DNA of 62,327 nucleotides, filler included. It is 20 parts of 20 records of this genome, joined end to end, with 100 filler letters (N's around TTAATTAATTAA, not from the genome) between each part and the next. Parts side by side here need not be neighbours in the genome. Positions count along the whole stretch, not along the records: positions 43,959 to 46,093 come from SRR36015646_38008; positions 46,194 to 48,567 come from SRR36015646_38534; positions 48,668 to 57,038 come from SRR36015646_38793; 17 more parts are not named here. The stretch is one strand, 5' to 3'. Below, one piece after another: positions 44,465 through 55,082 of this stretch; positions within the stretch are counted from its first letter, which is position 1; every line of letters starts with the position of its first letter. A program made the position numbers and the translations under genes. The notes under the pieces are model-generated. The model was not told the origin of the DNA and made no database searches. It saw only the letters and a list, made by a program, of their open reading frames with translations.

Positions 44465-46093
44465 TCATTGTTGATTACCGATCGCACCATTGTTATCAAT
44501 ACAAGAGCTTGCTATTGTTGGTGGTGACTGTCCTTGAACAGTAGGGGTCACGTGGCTAACCATGTTTGATACGGGTGCTCCATTACTAGGTGCATTTAAC
44601 ATGGACATCATAGGGTTGGGTACATTGGCCATAGGCATACCATTGTTAGGCCTATTTATGACGGGTGCGCCATCGCTAGGCCTACCCAGCATAAGCATAC
44701 CCTCGCTAGGCCTGTTCATTCGAATATATAACGGGCATTGCGGGCGTTTATGTCCAAAATTTTGGCAATTGTAGCATTGTACCATTCCTTGGGGGCGAAA
44801 GGGTCTATTGTATCCACCCTCCCTAGGTCTACCTTGCATGTCTTGACTGTTATTCCCCTGTCTTCCCCTAGAAGAGACCAATTCCCCTAACAACATCTTA
44901 AACATTTCCATCAACTCATTCTTTGGTTCCCCATTCCCAGCAGAGTTAGAGCCAAGGTCAGGGTTGACACTTGTATTGGCATTGCCGGTTACCGGAGAAG
45001 TCATACCCGGGTTGGGGTAGCCTGCAAAACTCGCAGATGGTGGTGAATCCCTGGGCACGGAACCATATGGCGGTTGAGTTACTGCCACTGGATGGGTCGA
45101 CTGATGACCTTGTATGTTGGTCGGTCTGGGGTTGTAAGATCCCTGGTTATTATCCCTGCCATTGTTGGAGTACCTTCCACCTCCCGACCCACTATTCATT
45201 CTAGTGTTCTCATTGCTCTGATTTGAGCCAAAATTACGTCCACCCTGGGAATAACCTCCTTTGTTGTTCGACTCCCCACCCCTGTTGGGTCTAAAAGGGG
45301 GTCCACCCCGACCAGAGTCCCATGACCTGTCACCCTGCACAGCTGCAACGTGAGCCCAGTTGTCATACCCTCTATCGTCTATGCCATTGTTTTCACATGC
45401 CATTCCTACGGTCCCCTCATCAGAGTAGAGGTCAGTATCATAATTATCATGGCCCCTTATGCGATCTTCCCTTTGTAATAGTTGGTGTTCATTACATGCA
45501 TGAGTACAATTACTAGCTGAATTTGGGCCATGTTCGGTTTGTGAAAAATGTACCGCGGAGCTACGTTTGTATTTGGGGTATGTGTCAGTTTGATCTTGTT
45601 CTGGGAAAAGATCCATAATGCGCATACGAAACTGTCCAAAGTCTTCGTTTCCGCGTTCATGCATCATGCGACGAAGTTCCAACCGAACGCGATCGTCTAA
45701 CACCCCATCCGCAAACCTAGACTTCAGTGAGTCATCTTGCAAAGCAGACAACGCATCGCGCTCACGTCCATTAGCCGTTTTCACCATTTTATTGTATAAT
45801 CGGATTAATTGACGACTATAATCCATTAGTGACTCAGACGTGCTCTGCTTACGTTCATGAAAAAGTTTTTGTAGACATGGCAATGTATCATAACGACCAA
45901 ACTGTTTTCTTAAGATAGCTACTAGACGGTCAGGATCTCTACGGACCTCATTGTTATAACACCTTAGTTCTTCCCTAGCAGCGTCAGAACAAAAATCCAA
46001 TAGCGTCTGCGCTTGTAGTGCTCTATCAGTAATTGAACATTGGTTCAGATAGGTGTAGAAATCGCTCAAAAATTCAGACAGAGTCTGTTGTCC
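44465..46093 (-). CDS. gag: Gypsy-type Gag (capsid + single CCHC), 5'-truncated
   Basis: FHERKQ...ESLMDYSRQL..L, F.DG; CYNCQNFGHKRPQC; 10-aa degenerate repeats (RPS.G) near the C-end. Confidence 0.85.
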   Translation of the reverse strand, partial: GQQTLSEFLSDFYTYLNQCSITDRALQAQTLLDFCSDAAREELRCYNNEVRRDPDRLVAILRKQFGRYDTLPCLQKLFHERKQSTSESLMDYSRQLIRLYNKMVKTANGRERDALSALQDDSLKSRFADGVLDDRVRLELRRMMHERGNEDFGQFRMRIMDLFPEQDQTDTYPKYKRSSAVHFSQTEHGPNSASNCTHACNEHQLLQREDRIRGHDNYDTDLYSDEGTVGMACENNGIDDRGYDNWAHVAAVQGDRSWDSGRGGPPFRPNRGGESNNKGGYSQGGRNFGSNQSNENTRMNSGSGGGRYSNNGRDNNQGSYNPRPTNIQGHQSTHPVAVTQPPYGSVPRDSPPSASFAGYPNPGMTSPVTGNANTSVNPDLGSNSAGNGEPKNELMEMFKMLLGELVSSRGRQGNNSQDMQGRPREGGYNRPFRPQGMVQCYNCQNFGHKRPQCPLYIRMNRPSEGMLMLGRPSDGAPVINRPNNGMPMANVPNPMMSMLNAPSNGAPVSNMVSHVTPTVQGQSPPTIASSCIDNNGAIGNQQ

Positions 46094-46193
46094 NNNNNNN
46101 NNNNNNNNNNNNNNNNNNNNNNNNNNNNNNNNNNNNNTTAATTAATTAANNNNNNNNNNNNNNNNNNNNNNNNNNNNNNNNNNNNNNNNNNNN

Positions 46194-47384
46194 AGAAATA
46201 GGGAAGCCGGCGGCAGAGATTATAGATCAGTACTAAATACTAAAAACAGTGTTGAAAACTCAAAAAATGTAAATGAGAGCAATCATCAAAACACGAAAGC
46301 TGGGAATTCCAATCAGCAAGGCAAGGAGAAACATGAAGGAGCAAATACGAGTACAAAGGAAGTAACCAACACTAATGAGGAAAACACAGCAGCAGGGTGT
46401 GAAAATTGTGATGATGAGGGTTTTAAGGAAGTAACATACAGTAAAGGGAAAAAGCGAAAAAACGATGATAAATCTCCACCAAAAGAAATGAATAGAACAG
46501 CATCTGTGACCGATCACGAGACATCCAATTCTTCTCATAAACACGAAAAAGAAAGTGAATGCAAAGAGAATAGTGGACGCCAAGGTCGGCAAGAGATATC
46601 TCCAATACTAAAGAAAAAATACCTAAGCCAAGCCAAACGAGTTAGAGGAGAGTTAGAAGAAAAGCTACATGGGAACAATGTCAGAGGAAACAGACACATA
46701 ACAACATCGGCTGACGTACATGTAGACCAAAATCATACAGAGGATGTTAATATAGCGCAGAATGCAGGAACTACAAATGTACATGTGGAAATAAATGAAG
46801 ACCTACATATTCCCGTAGCGGAAATTGTACAACAAATGGAAATTGAGATAGAGGAAATACCGGATACACCTGTATTGTCATTTCAGACATTTTCTAGTAC
46901 ACCAATAGCAAGCAACCAATCGGATTTACGAGAAAGAGTAATCGAAGAAACCATTATGCAGGAATTGAACGAAGAATCATGTTTATTCAAAAAACCAATA
47001 ACAAAAGACATCACTGCACAGCAGTCATTAGTTACTGCAGTACCGGATGTATCTGGAGAAAACAATGTGAATAGCGATGAAAATCAGTCTGACAGCTCCC
47101 AAAATTCCATTTTCACACAAGACCTAAAATCTGAAACATTCCACAAGGAAAAGTTTCCATTATCAACCAGTGAATTAGCTAAAATGCTGAGAGAAGTAAA
47201 GAATAAGCAGACAAACCAAATCATGGATGTAATTCAGTCATACACTGATGATCTAGGCAGTCTCTTGCAACAGCTTCAATATGCGAAGGAACACAAAAGT
47301 CTGGAGATTGAAGGGAATGGAAAGAAGCTTACAAGACGAATAGATTTTTTAATCAAGAGATTGAAAGAATCAAACCCAGTATAA
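46194..47384 (+). CDS. LINE ORF1 C-terminal part (low complexity), 5'-truncated
   Basis: Open from the fragment edge and ends 11 nt before an APE-type ORF2. Confidence 0.7.
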   Translation, partial: RNREAGGRDYRSVLNTKNSVENSKNVNESNHQNTKAGNSNQQGKEKHEGANTSTKEVTNTNEENTAAGCENCDDEGFKEVTYSKGKKRKNDDKSPPKEMNRTASVTDHETSNSSHKHEKESECKENSGRQGRQEISPILKKKYLSQAKRVRGELEEKLHGNNVRGNRHITTSADVHVDQNHTEDVNIAQNAGTTNVHVEINEDLHIPVAEIVQQMEIEIEEIPDTPVLSFQTFSSTPIASNQSDLRERVIEETIMQELNEESCLFKKPITKDITAQQSLVTAVPDVSGENNVNSDENQSDSSQNSIFTQDLKSETFHKEKFPLSTSELAKMLREVKNKQTNQIMDVIQSYTDDLGSLLQQLQYAKEHKSLEIEGNGKKLTRRIDFLIKRLKESNPV

Positions 47385-47395
47385 TATAAATAAAT

Positions 47396-48567
47396 ATGGG
47401 GTTCAGCATTATTACTTTAAATACTCATGGCATGGCTCAAAATGTTAGGGCAAAACAAGTCACAGAATACTTGGAAATACACAACGTAGACATAGCCTTT
47501 TTGCAGGAAACAAATATGACTGCGGAAAAACAAAAAGCTAACCTTTTCTGGGATATGCTCTCATACAAGTTCTACTTTTTCTCGGCACCACACCGTTTTA
47601 CGGGTGTTGGTATTGCAGTTAATAAAAATAGTAATGTAACCATAAAAAATTGCTCAGAAATTGTACAAGGGCACCTGCTATACCTACAATATGATTTTGA
47701 TGGAATTAGCTATCATGCCTATAATATATACATGCCACAGGACGATCCCACAGCTCTGGATGTCATTAAAAAATTACAGACCCATGCAGAAAATAAAAAT
47801 AATGAAACAACATATCTAGTGGGTGATTTTAATGTAACGCTGAACCCTGTATTAGATCGACAAAATGGTGCAACAGAGAGAAGGGGAAATCTTCGTAAAA
47901 AACTATCAGAATTATTAAACAGGCTTAAACTGAAGGATCTATGGCGTGTGTTAAATAAAGACAGGAAGGAATTCACATGGCATAGCTACAGAGACAATGG
48001 GAACATGGTAATAAAAGCCAGACTCGATAGAATATATACGTCAAAGGCTATCCAGAATCTTGTCATTAACTGTGAAATTGTGGCATGTAGTCTTTCAGAC
48101 CATGAGGCTCTGAAAATGACTATGGTAAATAAGAACAACAGAAACAGACAAAGCATTCCAACAGCGCATTGGAAACTCAACAGTTACCTGCTGGATGATG
48201 AGGATTATGTGAAAATTATTGACCGATTTTTGGACAAGTGGATGGAGCAAAAACAACAGTTTTACAATAATAACTTAATGGAGTGGTGGGAGAAAGGAAA
48301 AATGACCATCAAATCAATAAGTATAAGTTATACAACAGAAAAAAATCGGGAAGATAGAAAGCTTATTAAGGAATTACAAAATGAACTAAACAATATGCTA
48401 AGTGCAGGTGTTCAAAATAAAGGTGACAAAGATAGGCTTAACAACCACAAACGTATTCTAAACCAGATATATAAAAAGAGGGCTCAAGAGGCATTATCGA
48501 AAACGAAATTTAAGCATATGGAAGAAATAGATACACAATCTCAATATTTCTTTGCACTTGAGAAGGA
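47396..48567 (+). CDS. L1/Tx1-type LINE ORF2, APE endonuclease domain, 3'-truncated
   Basis: TLNTHG, FLQET, GDFN, ARLDRIY, SDHE, WKLN..LL, WWE..K. Confidence 0.93.
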
Positions 48568-48716
48568 NNNNNNNNNNNNNNNNNNNNNNNNNNNNNNNNN
48601 NNNNNNNNNNNTTAATTAATTAANNNNNNNNNNNNNNNNNNNNNNNNNNNNNNNNNNNNNNNNNNNNTTAATCTTCTACCTATTTACAAATTTGTACATA
48701 TATCTCTCCCAAAAGC

Positions 48717-51700
48717 TTATTTCTCCTGAATAAGTCTCTTAGGTACAATTATAGGTCTTCCTGACCTACTTAATCTTTGATCTCTCTGGACTCTTCTTTG
48801 AGCCCGCGTGCGCGCGTCTCTGCGGGGAGGAAGCAGTTCCGGATCTCTTACTCGTCTGCGAACAGGAGGGGCCCTAGGTCGAACGGGTGTAGGGTTCAAG
48901 GGAATTTCCGGGGAGTGAACAGGACGTATTCTTCCAGGTAATTCAATATGAGGGTTCGCCCGAAAAGGAAAAACATTATTTTCAGCAACTTCCTGTATGT
49001 TGGGAGATACAGGATCTTGTACCACATTTGGAATAACTGGACCATTTGGTTGACAAATTGGGTTTGGAACTGGTTGAACTACTGGACTATCTCTTCGTAT
49101 AGGAGAATCATTTATAGGATGATCAGAAACGGAATTGGAAGAACCAGAAGAACCAGAAGAACTGGCACCAGCACTCAACTGGGGTTGATTCAAAGGATCT
49201 GACAATTGGGATTCGAGACTGCCAGAAGAATTTTCAATTGGAACAGGAAGAGGTACAACCAAGGGAGCAGGACTTACAGGAACATCTTCGACAACAGGAA
49301 TTATGGGTGTGTCTAGAGGTACTTCTTCGACAAAGGATAACTCACTGGAACTCTGTTCTTTTGGTAGCTTATCAGAATCTGATGTACTAGGAGGAGAATT
49401 TTTGCTAGGTTTTGGTAAACCTTGTCTGGGCCTCATGACTCGACGTTCTGCCAAGGTTTGAGGTGGCTTGTCGTTTGACGAAACATCGTCCATTTCATGT
49501 AGTCGGTCAAGAAGACCGTCATACTTACGTTTTGCCCACTCTTCATGGCCCTTAGGACATTTCTTTAAGTTGCGGACATTTACAATATCAATTTTGCCGG
49601 TTTTCATATCTATGACCTTGTAACAAACCGGTCCTACAGGTTCTGCTATTAAATAAGGTCCAGTCCAGAATTTAGACAATTTTTTGCATAGGTGAGCTTT
49701 GGATTTTGGTTTAAAGACCCATACACTGTCTCCTATAGCGAATTTTCTAGGGAAAGCCTTCTGATCATAGTATAATTTTTGCTTGTTTCTAGCTTTAGCG
49801 AGATTCTTATTAACTACGCTCAAAATGCGTTGTCGGTGTTTTTGCAGGTGTTTCGCAAAATTAGAACCCGGATTAACTGAAGGAGTTGAAAAACCATAGG
49901 CAAGCTCCAAGGGAGAGTAAGGGTCACGTCCGTATAGCATGAAAAACGGCGTTTGTTTGGTAGATTCTTGCTTGGCGGTGCGAATTGCATACAATAATTG
50001 AGGCAGATATATATCCCAATTTTTGTGGTTTGCATTTACAAAGTGCATAATACACGACTTAAGAGTTTTATTTAGGCGCTCTACTAATGAGTTCCCGAGT
50101 GGATTGTAACTGGTAGAGAATATTTTTTTTATTCCCATCAATTTACAGAATTCTGCTATTACAGCAGAGGTGTAATTTGGACCTCTATCACTTAACAGAG
50201 ATTCTGGTGGACCGTGACAACTGATCACGTCCTCCATTAGAAAACGAGCGGTAGTTTCCGCTGTTTGATTACGTGTAGCACGGGCAAAAGGCCATTTGGA
50301 ATAGTAATCGATGGCTACTATGATAAATTTGTTTCCAGCTGAAGAAGTAGGAAGCGGTCCTATGACATCGGTACTAACTAATTGAAAAGGATAGTCGACC
50401 TTAATTTGTTCCAATGGGGGTTTGGTCTTAGGGATGTCGTTTTTAGATTGGCTACATTCGATACATTGATGCACCCAGTCTTGCACCTCTGAACGTTGAT
50501 ATGGCCACCAGGCTGTAATCTTGAGACGTTCGTAGGTTCGGTCAAAACCCAAATGTCCTGACATTACATTGTTATGTGCAAGATCCAAAACTGTGGGAAT
50601 CAAATATCTGGGAATCAACACAGGAAATTTTAATTTTCTGTTTACTCCAATCAGGCCTTCGTTGAAAACTAAAACGCCTTCTTGTAACTTTATTTTGTTC
50701 TTTAGGACGGCTATTGCAAGCTTTCTTTCATATTTGTCTGTAAATTTGGACTTCTCAAGTACTTTTCCTTGAGACAAATGTTCGAAAATGTGTTTTAAAA
50801 TGGGGTCCTTCTTTTGCATATTGATCCAGTTTTTGGAGAACTCATACACTGGTTCTTCACTAGATATACTTTCAGAGTCATCCATCACAGCTTGTATCAA
50901 ATATGGGGTCATTTGATCCTCAAAATTTAATACGTTTAATCTATCAGAAATGGAGTTGGTGAAATAATCATGACTATGAGACCCAAAATTATTTTCGTTT
51001 TGAACCACGTCAATTACATGCCTTTTAGCACAGAATTCTGCTGTTATTACCGGTATATTGTATTCTGAATCGGGAGTTGGTTTACATAATGGTTTGGACA
51101 GTTTATTCAAGTAGTCAGACAACTTGACACTGTTCACACTGTACAAGTGTAATGGAACATCTGCACTATTATTAATAATATCTCGGGCCATTTTCAAATA
51201 ATCTGTATCCGAAGAATGAAATTTTTCGGCGGCTTTTACAACTGCAAGTTTAATGCGTTCCCTCTGTGACAACGGTATGGTAGACAGTTCATTACTAGTA
51301 AAGGACATTTTATCAGACGCAATATCTTCAGGTATTTTGGAATACCTGACTTTATTAGACATTACACTAACATAACTAGGAGGCTGTTGAGATGGATAAT
51401 CAGGATGACACATGTCAAAATTTTCTTTGAAATAATCACTCTCATCTTCGGAACTAGTTTGAAGATTAGGTAAATCGGAGTGATAATTTAATGAATTTGG
51501 AAACTTTGAAAATTCATCATCTGAAAAAGTAATCAGATCTTGATTGTCTGATTCGATCTGTTCAATCAAAGCCTGACCTAAAATACTACGGGTTACGTCA
51601 GATGGTTTCTCAATGGATATTTTGGTTTCTGACATGCAAGAAGTAGTACCCAGTAAATTCTTATATCTTTCATCCAAGTCTTCCATGTTGTTAATAGTGA

Positions 51701-54700
51701 CATGATTGTCAGCAACCTGTATTTGATTCGAATTTTGGAACACAGTAAAATCTGAATCTGGACAGGAATCTTCCAGATCTAACTCGGAATCTGCATCATA
51801 CCCAGAAATTTCACATACACTACTAGCTGAATGTTTACTAGAAACACGTTTATGGTTCAGAAAATTTGTTTTTCTGTAGGAGGGTCTAGCACGTTTGTGC
51901 AAAAGAATTTTCTCCGGTTGTTCTACCTTTGTTCGCACCATTCTGTCAGTAGCGACAGGTACACTCTCTATACGGTTTATTTCCACATTGGAATCGGATG
52001 AAGCAGGAAAAACGGGGTAACGGCTCAACGCATCGGCATTGTTTACCTTGCCGGGTTTATATATTATTTGGAAATCAAGTGTTTCTAATTCCATCAACCA
52101 CCTGGCCATCCGTCCTTGAGGCTCTTTTGCCTTCAACCAATATGTGAGAGGTAAATGATCGGTAAATACAGTAAAATGCTTGCCATATATGTAATTTCTC
52201 CATTTTTTTAAAGCCCATACAATTGCTAAAGCCTCTTTTTCGTAGGTACTGTAATTTTTTTCAGCGCAATTCAGGGATCTGCTGGCATAAGCAACGACAT
52301 ATTCTAATTTGTCAACTTTTTGGGTTAGAACGGCTCCCAAACCAGCATTACTTGCATCGGTTGTGATAATAAATTCATTATTGAAATCAGGAAATCGAAG
52401 AACGGGTGCTGTGGTCATGGCGATCTTCAGAGAATTAAAGGCTTGTTCACACGCGTCTGTCCATAAGACTTTACCAGTAGGACTGATGTCCTTCCTAGTA
52501 AGTTCGTGAAGAGGTCTACAGATTTTGGCGAAATCTTTCACGTGTCGACGATAATAAGAACACGAACCTATAAAGCTGCGAACGTCAGTTACAGTACGCG
52601 GACGAGGAAATTCAGAGATAGCTTGGGTTTTCTCAGTATTTGGCTCTATGCCTGCTTCAGAGATACGGTGCCCGAGGAATAAAATGCTGGATTTAAGGAA
52701 ATAACACTTTCTAGGTTTTACGCGGAGATTCGCTTGACGCAAACGGTCGAAAACCGTACGGAGACGTTCCAAGTGGGAATCAAAATCCTTAGAAAAGATA
52801 ATGACGTCATCCAGATAAACCAGGACAATTTTCCAGATCAACCCTGATAAGACGAACTCCATGAGGCGCTCGAAAGTAGCCCCGGCCCCACGAAGGCCAA
52901 ATGGCATTCGATTAAAGTGGAACAGGCCAGCGGTAGTTCGGAATGCTGTTAAGGGTTTGGAAGCTATGTCCATTGGTACCTGCCAGTACCCACTCAAAAG
53001 ATCTACGGAAGAGTACCATTTTGACCCATGTAGACTATCTAAAGCATCATCTATTCTTGGGAGGGGGTAGCTGTCCCCTATAGTGATCTTATTTAGATCC
53101 CTATAGTCGATTACAGGTCGAGTAGTACCATCACTTTTACTAACCAAAAGCATATTTGCAGCGAATGGAGAGTTGCTAGGTTCTATGACTCCTAATTCGA
53201 GCATATTTTTAACATGCTCTTCCTGTTGTTGACGAATTAAAGGAGAAGTCCTCCTCATAGCTTGTCTGCATGGTGGATTATTTCCTATGTTTATGGTGTG
53301 GCATAGTATATCAGTGTGTGTTAAGTCAGCATCTGACTTGGCAAAAACAGACTCATATTCGTCTAAGAATTGTTCAAATTGAAAGTTTTGTTCAGGTGTT
53401 AAGTCAGGGTTTCGCCCAATTTCATCTTTCCAGAATTTTTCAGTAGGTTTGTGGATGTCATCGGAATTTGTATTCAAAGGATTTTCCAAGGATTGTTCTA
53501 CTATAGCAGAAATAACTGCGTCGACTTCTGGACTCTTTTCCAACAAGAAATAGTGATCGTTATCACAGGTACAGGCATTTGCAGTAAGTAAATCAGGACT
53601 TAACTCAGTAAAACTTGCAAAACGAGTAGACCTGGGAAGATACAAGGTATCTTTGGTAATATTCATAACGCGCACAGGAATTTTATTCTGATCGACAGTG
53701 ACCGCTGCTCGTGCAACTCCGAGACCTTCTATAGAATCAGAACATCGATCAATCGCAGTTAAATTTTCGACGATTCCGGAATAACCTTCTAACTTGTGTT
53801 TCCTGCTATCGGAAACGCGACCAGCAATCATCATTTCGGATTCTGGTGGAATATAAACGTCAAAAACACTGTGTACATTAAGATCTGCATTGCAACGGAC
53901 GTTATTGTGTCTGGAACTGTATTTAAGTTTTAGTTTCGCAACTTTGACACCATTACTATGCAACTCTGACTTTCCTATCATGATATCACAATTTTGATCG
54001 ATCAGGAAGTCTAGACCAATCATGAGATCAGAGTTCAAATGTTCTACGACAGGAACATTCCAGGCTACTTTTAGAAGACCAATAGTTATGACAAGATCTG
54101 TCATACCTACTACATTTAATAAAGCACCACCAGCAGCACAGACTCGGTCTGGAATGGGGAGTAGCTTTTTATTTCGCAATTGAGGATGTTGTTTGAAAGC
54201 TCTGTAAGAGACCATTGTGACGGGACTGCCTGTATCAACCAACATATCATAAGCCTTTCCAGAAATTTTTCCTGAACAGGAACAAGAATCGCCGGTTGCA
54301 TTGGCAACGAAATCAGGATGGTATGGATTATCAGCTCTGGAAAACTTATTGTTTTTCAAGATTCGATTATTATTCTGCCACAAAGGATTGTCATCGGAAT
54401 AAACTTCAGGATTCCAAGTATAAGACCGAGGATCGGACTGTGCAAGAACCTTGGAATTAGAATTCAAAATCTGGGAGGAAGCAAACTCAGGAGTGTGAAT
54501 CAACGGATTCGGAACTCTATCGTTGATTTCGGAACGAGACAAATTAAACGAAGGAGGAACTGGAATGTTAACATCAGAATTAATTTCAGTCGAATCGACT
54601 GGAAGTGTTGTTTGAGTAGAAGAATCCATTGTATCTAATTTCTCAGATCCTTCAAGGAATTTATCTATTTTACGAATCAAAGGTATTTCATTTGGAAACT

Positions 54701-55082
54701 TTCTGGAAGCAGAGGAAAATATTTCGTTCTGACCGGACACTTTTGGATAATTCGCGTTTCTACCGGAACTTGGTGTTTTTCTGCCATGTGTATCTTCAGT
54801 ATGATACACTTCAGATGTGGAGGTTTCAGACTGTGGATATTGTAGCGTTGTAGCGCGAGGATTTTCTACCGACTGTTTGTATTGATTATCATAATTGTTA
54901 GTTCTATTAGGATTTGATGCACATTCTTTCTTTAAACCGTTCGATTTAACAGGGCTACCGAACATGAATTTGTTGTAACTTGTCTGTTCTGGTACAACAT
55001 GTTTAATTTTGTTAATATTGAGACTCTGGACGGATGGTGGGGTTCTGGAACGAGTCGCATCGAAAACCCTTTTTAGTTTAAA
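48717..55082 (-). CDS. pol: Gypsy Pol (PR-RT-RNase H-integrase, Pro-rich tail) entered by a -1 frameshift (first in-frame ATG at 54965)
   Basis: LVDTGS, IDYRDLN, DLLSGYWQV, MPFGL, YLDD, TDAS, YSTYEKEAL, TDH, NADALSR, H...GHLG..CIEC, DVIGP, SDRG, ERLN, GPY. Confidence 0.96.
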   Translation of the reverse strand, partial: FKLKRVFDATRSRTPPSVQSLNINKIKHVVPEQTSYNKFMFGSPVKSNGLKKECASNPNRTNNYDNQYKQSVENPRATTLQYPQSETSTSEVYHTEDTHGRKTPSSGRNANYPKVSGQNEIFSSASRKFPNEIPLIRKIDKFLEGSEKLDTMDSSTQTTLPVDSTEINSDVNIPVPPSFNLSRSEINDRVPNPLIHTPEFASSQILNSNSKVLAQSDPRSYTWNPEVYSDDNPLWQNNNRILKNNKFSRADNPYHPDFVANATGDSCSCSGKISGKAYDMLVDTGSPVTMVSYRAFKQHPQLRNKKLLPIPDRVCAAGGALLNVVGMTDLVITIGLLKVAWNVPVVEHLNSDLMIGLDFLIDQNCDIMIGKSELHSNGVKVAKLKLKYSSRHNNVRCNADLNVHSVFDVYIPPESEMMIAGRVSDSRKHKLEGYSGIVENLTAIDRCSDSIEGLGVARAAVTVDQNKIPVRVMNITKDTLYLPRSTRFASFTELSPDLLTANACTCDNDHYFLLEKSPEVDAVISAIVEQSLENPLNTNSDDIHKPTEKFWKDEIGRNPDLTPEQNFQFEQFLDEYESVFAKSDADLTHTDILCHTINIGNNPPCRQAMRRTSPLIRQQQEEHVKNMLELGVIEPSNSPFAANMLLVSKSDGTTRPVIDYRDLNKITIGDSYPLPRIDDALDSLHGSKWYSSVDLLSGYWQVPMDIASKPLTAFRTTAGLFHFNRMPFGLRGAGATFERLMEFVLSGLIWKIVLVYLDDVIIFSKDFDSHLERLRTVFDRLRQANLRVKPRKCYFLKSSILFLGHRISEAGIEPNTEKTQAISEFPRPRTVTDVRSFIGSCSYYRRHVKDFAKICRPLHELTRKDISPTGKVLWTDACEQAFNSLKIAMTTAPVLRFPDFNNEFIITTDASNAGLGAVLTQKVDKLEYVVAYASRSLNCAEKNYSTYEKEALAIVWALKKWRNYIYGKHFTVFTDHLPLTYWLKAKEPQGRMARWLMELETLDFQIIYKPGKVNNADALSRYPVFPASSDSNVEINRIESVPVATDRMVRTKVEQPEKILLHKRARPSYRKTNFLNHKRVSSKHSASSVCEISGYDADSELDLEDSCPDSDFTVFQNSNQIQVADNHVTINNMEDLDERYKNLLGTTSCMSETKISIEKPSDVTRSILGQALIEQIESDNQDLITFSDDEFSKFPNSLNYHSDLPNLQTSSEDESDYFKENFDMCHPDYPSQQPPSYVSVMSNKVRYSKIPEDIASDKMSFTSNELSTIPLSQRERIKLAVVKAAEKFHSSDTDYLKMARDIINNSADVPLHLYSVNSVKLSDYLNKLSKPLCKPTPDSEYNIPVITAEFCAKRHVIDVVQNENNFGSHSHDYFTNSISDRLNVLNFEDQMTPYLIQAVMDDSESISSEEPVYEFSKNWINMQKKDPILKHIFEHLSQGKVLEKSKFTDKYERKLAIAVLKNKIKLQEGVLVFNEGLIGVNRKLKFPVLIPRYLIPTVLDLAHNNVMSGHLGFDRTYERLKITAWWPYQRSEVQDWVHQCIECSQSKNDIPKTKPPLEQIKVDYPFQLVSTDVIGPLPTSSAGNKFIIVAIDYYSKWPFARATRNQTAETTARFLMEDVISCHGPPESLLSDRGPNYTSAVIAEFCKLMGIKKIFSTSYNPLGNSLVERLNKTLKSCIMHFVNANHKNWDIYLPQLLYAIRTAKQESTKQTPFFMLYGRDPYSPLELAYGFSTPSVNPGSNFAKHLQKHRQRILSVVNKNLAKARNKQKLYYDQKAFPRKFAIGDSVWVFKPKSKAHLCKKLSKFWTGPYLIAEPVGPVCYKVIDMKTGKIDIVNVRNLKKCPKGHEEWAKRKYDGLLDRLHEMDDVSSNDKPPQTLAERRVMRPRQGLPKPSKNSPPSTSDSDKLPKEQSSSELSFVEEVPLDTPIIPVVEDVPVSPAPLVVPLPVPIENSSGSLESQLSDPLNQPQLSAGASSSGSSGSSNSVSDHPINDSPIRRDSPVVQPVPNPICQPNGPVIPNVVQDPVSPNIQEVAENNVFPFRANPHIELPGRIRPVHSPEIPLNPTPVRPRAPPVRRRVRDPELLPPRRDARTRAQRRVQRDQRLSRSGRPIIVPKRLIQEK

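Noticed and set aside
48668-48716. PPT and 3' LTR start (GGGAGAGA-TA-TGTAC on the minus strand)
   Set aside because: The purine tract is short and no matching 5' LTR or PBS was found in 56537-57038. Possible but unsupported.
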